DNA of 64,000 nucleotides from Rhodothermales bacterium (GTDB lineage Bacteria; Bacteroidota; Rhodothermia; Rhodothermales; Bin80): NCBI GenBank assembly GCA_965261255.1, contig CBDHCQ010000004.1, positions 2,104,076 to 2,168,075 of the forward strand, read 5' to 3'. Shown piece by piece: positions 56,418 to 64,000 of this stretch (position 1 is its first letter; each line of letters starts with the position of its first letter). The notes under the pieces were generated by a model. It saw only the letters and a program-made list of their open reading frames with translations, ran no database searches and was not told where the DNA came from. The position numbers and the translations under genes were made by a program.

Positions 56418-59400
56418 CTAGAAGGTCACCTCGAGTCCGAAATAAACCTGCCTTGGCAGGAGACCTTGGTTATACCAGTCCCATTCGCTTTCCTCCCCCG
56501 TAGTCGGATTGACCGGCAGTGTTCCTTGTTCGTGATAAGTCTCCAGCGCATTGCCGGTCAAGAAGTTGAGCCGCTTGGAATTGAACACATTGTGGACATC
56601 AATGCTGAATTTCATCTCTTCAACACCAGGCATACCAATCGCTTTGGAAAGGCGCAGATTGGTATTGTGGTGCGGCTTCCAGCGCCGGTTGTTGGGTTCG
56701 GTGGAGAAATCTCCCGGCGAATGGTAGGTATAGCGGTGTCCACTCGCGTATACGTAATAGGCATTGAGGCGCCAGCCGCCTAGCGGACGAAAGAAGCCGA
56801 GAGCAGGTCCAAATTCCGATGGCGAGAAGAGGTCCACGATAACCTTCACACTGGTGGTGGGATTCCACGTGTCGCTGTTAGTGCCCGACAGACCCTTATC
56901 CCTCAGGCTCACGCCGTGAAGCGTATGGGGCCGAACGGGATTGCCCTCTTCATCCGTGGTGAAGACCTGCCGGAAGCCATACTGCCCGGAGCGCACGAAG
57001 GACCTGTTGAAAATGATTCGTGCACGGGCATGCTCCAAGAACAGGGAATGCAGGGACAGCTCTAGGCCGCGTACATCTACGTACCCCCCGTTGGAAGTGA
57101 CGCGGCTACGGCCACCGCCCGGCGCAAACCCGAACGTGTTCGCCGCATCAGGGTGCACTTCCGTAGTTACCGACCCACCGACGCCGAAGAGGTTGTCGCC
57201 GATATTGTTGGGCGACTGCCGCACTCCCAGCGAGGTCAGATTCTTTCCATCACGGTAATAAACCGTGACATCCAGATTTGCAACGCCTGGAATATGTTGG
57301 TCAAATCCGAGTTCGTACTGGATGATCTTTTCAAAACTGAGGTCAGGATTGCCCGTGTTGGTGTTCGGGTGATAGAACACAAACACGTATTGCGCCGTGT
57401 CCGGCGAGGCATGCGGAGCACCGGCGGACGAGCCAAAGATGTGAAAGATGGTGGGCCCGCCACCAATGAGCTGCCAGGCCGGACGCTGGTTGAAGTGCCC
57501 GTAGGAAAAATGGAGCACCGTATTTTCGGTGATCGGGTGAGAAATACCGAAACGCGGTGAGAGGATAGCCTTGGTTTCGGTATCCACGCCGTGATCTTCA
57601 TCGGAATACGTGACAATTTCATCGGGCGCTACACCGACCATGTTGGTGATCAAGGCCGGATCGAGTATGGACGGGGCCACTTTCGTGTTGGCATTGAACG
57701 CATCTAGGCGCAGTCCAGCGTTGACCACCATACCATTGACCTCAATTTTTCCCTGCACGTACGCGGCGGCGTCCCAGGGATTGAAGTCTGGGCGGGTCGC
57801 ATGATTGGAGTAAATGGCACCGGGCATGGCGCCTGCCTTGAACCGCTTGGAGACGTACTGCGGCGAATACATCGCTCCAGTCTTAAGCTGGAAAAAACGG
57901 TTGATCTGATTGGTGTAAGCGGCCTTGAACAACCAGGCATCAGACTCCGCGGTGAGCTGAAAAATGCCGGGGTGACCCCGATGAAAAATCGGTGGCAGCA
58001 GAAATAGCGGATTGCCGGGAATCATGGTCTCGTCCCACTGCGTTCCGAATTCTTCGGAGTCTGGATCGTACGTGTCGCTGGCTTCCAGCTGCCTGAAGTT
58101 GTTGCGGTCCAAGTCCATTGATGTGTAGCTCGCCTGGACATCCAGGAAGGAAGCAGGATTGAATACGTGGGTCCATTTCAGCTGCCCGCTCTTGAGTCGC
58201 ATATATTCCGGAGGTGAAGGCAACTGAAAAATGTGTGACGTGCCGTACGGCCAATACTTGAAAGTGGAGTAGCCCGAATAGTAGAATGGCGCTGGTCCCC
58301 AGAGCCCAGCAATAAACGAATCCTCACTGGACCAGTAGCTCAGGCGGGGGCCCTCGGTATTGTTGAATCCTTGAACGAACCCCGACAATTCCAGCCGATT
58401 GTTGCGGGAGAGCTGATAGTTAAACTTTCCCTGATAATTCCAGTCTTTGGAATAGGTCAGATAGGCTGGAAATTCCGGGGCATCCTTGAGGTACTTGCCG
58501 GACAGCAAGAAGCTGAGTCTGTCAGTGATCGGTCCGTAGATGGTAGCTTCGGTTTCCCAGGTTGCGCGCTCGGTGTATTGCTGCATACGTCTTGACGGTT
58601 CCCCGAAAAGATCTCCAGAAATAAAGTTCATCCAAGCATCCAGTCGTTCCTGGGGTGTTCTGTTGACCCACTCGCCTCCACCGGTATTCTCCGTCCAGTA
58701 ATCCAGGGTAGCCATGGTTGCCCATTCGTAATTCTCCCTGCTATAGATATTTCGGCCCCAGTGGTACTTGCCAGCAGGCCGCAGACGCGCACGGACCGTT
58801 CCGTGCAGGCGATCCATCGCCGACTTGGTGACGATGTTGACGATGGCCCCCATTGCACGCCCGTATTCCGCATTCCAGCCCCCGGATAGCACTTCAAGCT
58901 CAGATATGGCCGTGGTGTTGACACCGGTCAGATTGCCGCCGGAAACATTATCTCGCAGGCTGAGCCCGTCGATGTAGTAATTGTCCTCCAGACCAAAGCC
59001 GCCGCGAATGCCTCCGTTAATATTAGTGGCTGCCTGGATTTCTATAGCCTCAAGGACTGTATTGGCCCAGCTGTTGGCCAATTCCTCGCCACTCATGCGC
59101 TCCTTGCTGCCGGTCAGGTCAACCTCCACGGGCGGACGCTCGGCCGTCACTACAAGTTCGCCGGTCTCGAGGACCGCCTCGGCCAGTTCGAAGTCCACCG
59201 GAGTTGTCTGATCTATGAATATCCGGGCGTCCGTCTTCGTGACAGTCGCAAATCCGAGGAGGGATGCCTGAACGCTATGCAGTCCAGGTGGTACTCGCAA
59301 TATGAAGTAGTTGCCGTCCACATCGGCGGACGCCCCCAGGCCCGTCCCGACCACAACAACATTGGCGCCCGGCAAGGGCTCGCCCGTGCTGGCATCGGTA

Positions 59401-59498
59401 ACTGTTCCTGCGATTTTGCCCGTTTGCGACTGGGCCAGTGCCACACCCTGACTGGCCAAAAGCAGGGCGATAAGGAGGGTAGGTAGTCGAGTAGGCAT
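56418..59498 (-). CDS. TonB-dependent receptor with an N-terminal CarboxypepD_reg domain
   Basis: After the signal peptide comes GKIAGTVTDASTGEPLPGANVVV...DGNYFILRVPPG. A plug region and a long barrel follow, ending ...YFGLEVTF with an aromatic C-terminus. Confidence 0.85.
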   Translation of the reverse strand: MPTRLPTLLIALLLASQGVALAQSQTGKIAGTVTDASTGEPLPGANVVVVGTGLGASADVDGNYFILRVPPGLHSVQASLLGFATVTKTDARIFIDQTTPVDFELAEAVLETGELVVTAERPPVEVDLTGSKERMSGEELANSWANTVLEAIEIQAATNINGGIRGGFGLEDNYYIDGLSLRDNVSGGNLTGVNTTAISELEVLSGGWNAEYGRAMGAIVNIVTKSAMDRLHGTVRARLRPAGKYHWGRNIYSRENYEWATMATLDYWTENTGGGEWVNRTPQERLDAWMNFISGDLFGEPSRRMQQYTERATWETEATIYGPITDRLSFLLSGKYLKDAPEFPAYLTYSKDWNYQGKFNYQLSRNNRLELSGFVQGFNNTEGPRLSYWSSEDSFIAGLWGPAPFYYSGYSTFKYWPYGTSHIFQLPSPPEYMRLKSGQLKWTHVFNPASFLDVQASYTSMDLDRNNFRQLEASDTYDPDSEEFGTQWDETMIPGNPLFLLPPIFHRGHPGIFQLTAESDAWLFKAAYTNQINRFFQLKTGAMYSPQYVSKRFKAGAMPGAIYSNHATRPDFNPWDAAAYVQGKIEVNGMVVNAGLRLDAFNANTKVAPSILDPALITNMVGVAPDEIVTYSDEDHGVDTETKAILSPRFGISHPITENTVLHFSYGHFNQRPAWQLIGGGPTIFHIFGSSAGAPHASPDTAQYVFVFYHPNTNTGNPDLSFEKIIQYELGFDQHIPGVANLDVTVYYRDGKNLTSLGVRQSPNNIGDNLFGVGGSVTTEVHPDAANTFGFAPGGGRSRVTSNGGYVDVRGLELSLHSLFLEHARARIIFNRSFVRSGQYGFRQVFTTDEEGNPVRPHTLHGVSLRDKGLSGTNSDTWNPTTSVKVIVDLFSPSEFGPALGFFRPLGGWRLNAYYVYASGHRYTYHSPGDFSTEPNNRRWKPHHNTNLRLSKAIGMPGVEEMKFSIDVHNVFNSKRLNFLTGNALETYHEQGTLPVNPTTGEESEWDWYNQGLLPRQVYFGLEVTF

Positions 59499-60157
59499 GA
59501 TTCACCTTGTTCTGATGACAGTATTATCCTTAAAGGAGCACGAGGCACCAGGATAGTCTGCGCAGCAGATACCTACTTCTCTAAGTCCTACAACTGTCTG
59601 CCACCACCGGACTGCCCAGGCCGCCGACTTTATATTAAACAACTAAGTAACAATTGTCAAGAGGGTCGGTACGAATCCCCCATACGACATAATTCACTCG
59701 AAATCACGAATTATTTCATGATTTTCCGTGGTTCCGGACTGAGTTGAACCCACGGAGCAAGGTATCTAACTGGAGAGCGAATCAGCCCAACTGAGTTGAG
59801 CACATTTTGCAGGTTCAAAGGGCTCTGGAGGAAATTCATGGCTGAGGCATCATTGCTAGCCTGAATTCCCATGTATGTGAAATCTTCGTACCGATACTGT
59901 CAAGATTCCGTGAATTCTATTGACCGATTGTTCTGGCCGCGGTATTAAAAAGTGTTGACTGTAATTGGGGGGTGATGCAGTGAGGGCGTCGAAGGCTTTT
60001 CCTGTTTGACAACCACTCCTTCGGTACAGCTGCGGTGCGGACTGACCACAGTAGAATCTCAGCACTAACCCGAGATTAAATTCGCAATGCTAATCCCCTG
60101 AACCCAGTCTGGCCGAACCAAACGGCCACATGCCAGCGTGCCAATCCTTTACAGACC

Positions 60158-62761
60158 CTACTGCATTTCCTGCCGCTCCACAATGACCGTGGAGACTTCT
60201 CCCTGCGAAAATGTTCGCCCATCAGCAAACACCGCTTCCCCGTAGCCGTGAAGCACAAGACGATTCAACTCAATGGGGCCATTAGCAGGATGTAATTCAA
60301 CGGACATCTGAGATCCGCTACCAGCAATCGTTACACTGCCGTACTGGTATCCGTTAGACCAGAAGTAGGTACCGGGCCTTGGATTGAACCCCATGCGATT
60401 TTCTACCGCCGAGTACTGAAAACCCGTGTAAGCCAGCAGCCCGGCCCACGCGGCCATAGCCCGTGAATATCGGTGGCCGTACTCACCTTCATTGAACGGA
60501 TTGCGCTTGCGGCCATCATAGCGGTCCCGAATGGCCCGAAACACCTTCAGACCCGCATCCTCCTGGCCTTCGTAGATCATGTGGGCCGCGGTACTGTACT
60601 CAAAGCCGGTCATGATCTCCGTGTAATATGGGAAGGGGAAATCCAGCAACTCTCCGCGCGGATAGCTGGCCATGAGTAAACCTGCCTCGCTGCCGAGGCC
60701 AAAGCTCCGAAAGGTGTTGAAGTGCTCGTTGAAGTTGTCAATGTAGTTGTACTTCATGATGCTGCGCAGCGTGGTCTGCACGTTATCCTTGTTCAGGAGA
60801 TACCCCAGGCCTGCTGTGTGCGCCAGGTATTGTCCGACCAGTTGGTCTACCAAGCACCCCTTGCCTAACTGTGCCACGGTGCTGGTTCCTTCCGGTATGT
60901 GATGCTCGTAGTATTCACCGTTGAAGATGTTGTCATCTATCCAGGCACTTCCCCGCTCAAACAAGTCGCGCGTTTCTTCCGCAAAGTCGTCATCTCCCAC
61001 ATACCGCGCCATTTCCTCTGAGGCCCGCAGTGCACCCAGATACCAGCCAGCCATCTGTGGATTCGGCCCCAGATAGTTGATGTCCATTGTGTTGTGCTGG
61101 CTGCCTTCCATCACTCCATCCTTGTCCTGATCCCAAATACCCGTCCAGGCAAAACTCATGGACTTACGGATGTTGGGCCACATCCGGCGGAGCATCTCAT
61201 CATCCCCTGACAGCTGCCAGTCGCGATATACCTTGATCAGCGTTCCCATCTGCCCGTCGGCCGCCCAGCGTTGGAAGCTCCGGGCCCGAAGTTCAATGGG
61301 AAGTCCGACGCGATGACTCATGGCCCCATCGTCGTTGACCGAATGCACGAATTCCACCTCCCGGAACCGCTTGGACAGATCCCCGAACAAAAATGGGACG
61401 GTAGACTCGTAATTCCACACATGAAAGCATGTGCCGAACCCCCATCCGGAACTGCGGGATGCCCCGATCTTCGTTCCGTAGATGCTCCCGGTTCCTTCAA
61501 AGCCGTACGGAAGTCCATCGGCAGTTCTGAAAACCGTCTGGCTCCGTAGGTGGTTGAGATTAAAGAGTCCCGCCTCTTTGAGCACCTCTGGAGCATCGCT
61601 GTCTACCAGCGTACGTACAAAACTTACAGTTTCCGCTTCCAGGCTGTCCAGTGCCGAGGCGGTGCGCACGGCGACATCCCAGGCGTCTTCATACAGCGTC
61701 GTGTAGTAATTGCCAACGATTTCGGGACCGCCGAATTCTCCGGCGTGATGAACCCCATGATCCCATGCACGCCGATTCGGGAAATGCCAGGTCAGCATGA
61801 ATGTGATTGCACGTGCCTCGCCCGGCGCGAGCTCAACTTTAGCGGCAAGGGTTGCCGGCGGCGTCTGAATGACATGGGCGGTGTCGGGATGATCGGTAAG
61901 TTCTCCATCTTCAACAAAATCATCCCAGAATTCGCGGAACGTCCAGTTCCAGGCCAATGGATCCCACGAGGTACGGTAAGTGACTGGACTGGCCGCGGTC
62001 GCGAGAGCCATGGTGCCCCAGTTTACATCCAAGGAATCAATACCGTCCGATGTCATGTAAACGCCTCGGATTCCCCCATCTGAACGAAACGAATTCACAT
62101 TCCTGTCCGGTGCACCGGTCCAGCCATCCGCTCCAATGTAATTGGGTACCATGCCGACCACGGCCGCCTCCACCGAATCCTGGGTCGGATTGGCTAGCAC
62201 ATAACGAAGAATCGCCACAGGAATACCACTTTGCTCGGCATCGCCGACAAGCAGCGGGTTGAATGCTTCTAGGCGTACTTCCAGTGGTACGTTTTGATGC
62301 TCAAACGACACCTGTGCCAACGGGTAGGCGGCCTCAAATGTAGTGGACTCAAAACGAGGGAAACCCGAATTGACGGCATCTGCACCCCAGTCGCCGCTGT
62401 GCTCCTTTGCTGATACGGGTCCCTCTAGCACGCGAACCTGACCCGGGGAGTCCGGTGTCCGATAATAGAGTGCAAAGAACGGCCCGTTGGCAATGGTCGG
62501 CTGGACGAGCTTAAAGGCCGGCAGGTAACCCAGCGCGCCGCGATTCATGATCTCCCAGTCCCGCAGGTCTCCGCGCCCTCCGAGGGATACCGTCCCGGTC
62601 CCAATACCCCCCAGTGGCATCGCAACTTCGTCCAGATAGGCCCCCGAGTATGTCTTCAGCACGGGCCAGCCGGTCTGAGCATCCGGCCGAGAGCAGGCGG
62701 CTACGGCTACTAGCAGGAAAAGAGCAATCCAAGGTGCAGGCTTTATCGTTGTAAAAGGCAT
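60158..62761 (-). CDS. GH116-like (GBA2-type) glycoside hydrolase, lipoprotein
   Basis: [26 protein letters not shown] matches the GH116 N-terminal domain. The (alpha/alpha)6 catalytic region includes [34 protein letters not shown] lipobox is present (LLVAVAAC). Confidence 0.65.
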   Translation of the reverse strand: MPFTTIKPAPWIALFLLVAVAACSRPDAQTGWPVLKTYSGAYLDEVAMPLGGIGTGTVSLGGRGDLRDWEIMNRGALGYLPAFKLVQPTIANGPFFALYYRTPDSPGQVRVLEGPVSAKEHSGDWGADAVNSGFPRFESTTFEAAYPLAQVSFEHQNVPLEVRLEAFNPLLVGDAEQSGIPVAILRYVLANPTQDSVEAAVVGMVPNYIGADGWTGAPDRNVNSFRSDGGIRGVYMTSDGIDSLDVNWGTMALATAASPVTYRTSWDPLAWNWTFREFWDDFVEDGELTDHPDTAHVIQTPPATLAAKVELAPGEARAITFMLTWHFPNRRAWDHGVHHAGEFGGPEIVGNYYTTLYEDAWDVAVRTASALDSLEAETVSFVRTLVDSDAPEVLKEAGLFNLNHLRSQTVFRTADGLPYGFEGTGSIYGTKIGASRSSGWGFGTCFHVWNYESTVPFLFGDLSKRFREVEFVHSVNDDGAMSHRVGLPIELRARSFQRWAADGQMGTLIKVYRDWQLSGDDEMLRRMWPNIRKSMSFAWTGIWDQDKDGVMEGSQHNTMDINYLGPNPQMAGWYLGALRASEEMARYVGDDDFAEETRDLFERGSAWIDDNIFNGEYYEHHIPEGTSTVAQLGKGCLVDQLVGQYLAHTAGLGYLLNKDNVQTTLRSIMKYNYIDNFNEHFNTFRSFGLGSEAGLLMASYPRGELLDFPFPYYTEIMTGFEYSTAAHMIYEGQEDAGLKVFRAIRDRYDGRKRNPFNEGEYGHRYSRAMAAWAGLLAYTGFQYSAVENRMGFNPRPGTYFWSNGYQYGSVTIAGSGSQMSVELHPANGPIELNRLVLHGYGEAVFADGRTFSQGEVSTVIVERQEMQ

Positions 62762-63479
62762 AGCGATGACAATGTGGTGGTAAATTCAAATGCCGGGATC
62801 CCAGTTACGCGCGGGACTCAGTGTCAAAATATCGCAGGGGTCTGCAATAATTGCAAAGGCGGTGAGTATCGGTACGAACGTCCCATGCAATATAATGTAT
62901 CCGTGATCATGAATTTTTGCACGTTTTTCCCCGGTTGGGGACAAAGATGAACGCCTGGAGCAAGAGATCAATATTGGTAAACGAATCATGATAGCCACTG
63001 GGGAAAATAGCGCGCCGATACGATGTAGAAGTCAAAGAAACGCGTGACGAAGGACAGGCGGGTATGATCCTAGACGAGTATCTAATCCCGGCGAATACGC
63101 ATAACAGCAAGGACTTAGTGCCCCATATCAATAGGGTGTGAAAAAAGCACAGCCAAGCGGTATTGGCGGAGAAGAAGTAAAAATGCAAAGAGAGCGAGGG
63201 ATATTTTAGCCGCTTATGGTAGCTGTTCACGCTGCAATCCTATGGAATCGTTTCGAATTGTGTGCGACCGCCTCCAGTACGTACTCTGCATCTGCCTTCT
63301 GAAATCCATTCAATCGCGTACCCCCTGAAGAGCTTTCATGCTGTGGTAACGGCGGAATCGCGCCTAAAATCTTTGCAGAAATCAATATTGACCCTTGTAG
63401 TATTTTCGTCCGAGATCTTAAGCGCCTTTTTTCGACAGTCTCATACTATATTTCCAGACCTTAAATCTCTCAAAACGTT

Positions 63480-64000
63480 TTGATCAAGCTATTATGCCTC
63501 GGAGATGCACACCTAGGGCGGTATCCGTCCAGGGTTCCTTCTGGTGATAAATCTCTTTCAGTGCGTGCGGTCTGGGAGCGGGCGGTTTCGACCGCCATTG
63601 AAGAACGGGTTGATGCCGTAATTCTTACCGGGGATATGGCCGACAACGAGAACGCCTTTTTCGAAGCTTATGGTGCCCTTCGAAGGGGAATTACCCAACT
63701 CAATCAAGAACGTATCCCTGTCGTAGCCATTGCCGGAAATCACGATTATGACGTCTTTCCTCAACTTGCAGAATCAATGCCTGAGGATAATTTCATATTA
63801 CTTGGGCGTGACGGCACTTGGGATGAAACGGTATTGAGGACGCATTCTGGCCGAATCCTACGATGTGTAGGATGGTCATTTCCAAGCTCCCACTATGATC
63901 GTTCACCCTTGGATTCGCTTGGTCTCAATCAAAGCAATGACTTCACGATTGGTATTGTACATGGAGATCTAGATACGCAAAGCAAATACGCCCCGCTTAC
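63480..64000 (+). CDS. Metallophosphoesterase, SbcD/Mre11-like DNA repair exonuclease; 3'-partial with an apparent TTG start
   Basis: The frame is open from the stop at 63462. Translation reads (L/M)IKLLCLGDAHLG...VDAVILTGDMADN...VVAIAGNHDY...IGIVHGD, the calcineurin-like phosphoesterase motifs I-IV. It is absent from the ATG-based ORF track. Confidence 0.6.
   Translation, partial: MIKLLCLGDAHLGRYPSRVPSGDKSLSVRAVWERAVSTAIEERVDAVILTGDMADNENAFFEAYGALRRGITQLNQERIPVVAIAGNHDYDVFPQLAESMPEDNFILLGRDGTWDETVLRTHSGRILRCVGWSFPSSHYDRSPLDSLGLNQSNDFTIGIVHGDLDTQSKYAPL

Noticed and set aside
62762-63479. The AT-richer 718-nt spacer upstream of the GH116-like gene, with minus-strand ORFs 62786..62998 and 62907..63230. 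I considered it as a missing regulator gene.
   Set aside because: The ORFs are hydrophobic or low-complexity with no HTH, sigma or sensor motifs. The spacer more likely holds the promoter regions of the divergent GH116-like and SbcD-like genes.
1-64000. A search by eye for CRISPR arrays, rRNA or tRNA genes (T-loop GGTTCGAATCC-like motifs in intergenic regions) and long exact DNA repeats.
   Set aside because: Nothing convincing was found. A GTTCGTATC string near 29990 lacks flanking tRNA stems. This is a manual scan, so tRNAscan-SE, Infernal and a repeat finder should confirm the negative result.

Overview
This 64-kb chromosomal window appears to come from an FCB-superphylum bacterium (Bacteroidota, Rhodothermota or Ignavibacteria-like). 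The lineage call rests on a PorV/PorQ-family gene, a T9SS-CTD-like tail, CarboxypepD_reg-type TonB receptors, a GWxTD protein and a fused E1 alpha/beta dehydrogenase. All calls come from reading the supplied translations and DNA by eye; no searches were run.

Layout:
- 1-12 kb is housekeeping: 2-oxoacid dehydrogenase E1, tyrS, smpB, the rplS-trmD-rimM-rpsP-ffh cluster, 5-formyl-THF cyclo-ligase, and a tandem trio of PspC-domain membrane proteins.
- 12.6-16.9 kb holds a large OM beta-barrel and a TolB-like propeller.
- 17-25 kb holds an arsenosugar-type set (arsS, a CMD/peroxidase-like gene, arsM), interrupted by 1.4 kb of almost non-coding DNA. It is co-directional with two ABC exporter genes that flank RNase Z.
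- 25-34.5 kb is mixed: arginase, a solitary NYN-domain gene, a DtxR/MntR regulator, a MATE pump, an MnmC-like methyltransferase, two-subunit aconitase X and a beta-propeller protein.
- 34.7-42.4 kb is the most unusual region. A decayed transposase fragment abuts a 6.2-kb gene for a 2,079-aa signal-peptide ankyrin protein built from seven ankyrin arrays. Each array opens with a conserved cap carrying a Cys pair.
- 42.4-62.8 kb is a roughly 19-kb co-directional glycan-utilisation-like locus, in transcription order: a GH116-like lipoprotein, a TonB receptor, a CTD-tailed surface protein, a PorV-like protein, a sulfatase, a cytoplasmic ankyrin protein, a second sulfatase, two unknown secreted proteins and FucP. 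It has no SusD, no regulator and no sulfatase maturase in view.
- The window ends in a 3'-truncated SbcD/Mre11-like gene with an apparent TTG start.

I recognised no rRNA, tRNA or CRISPR array.
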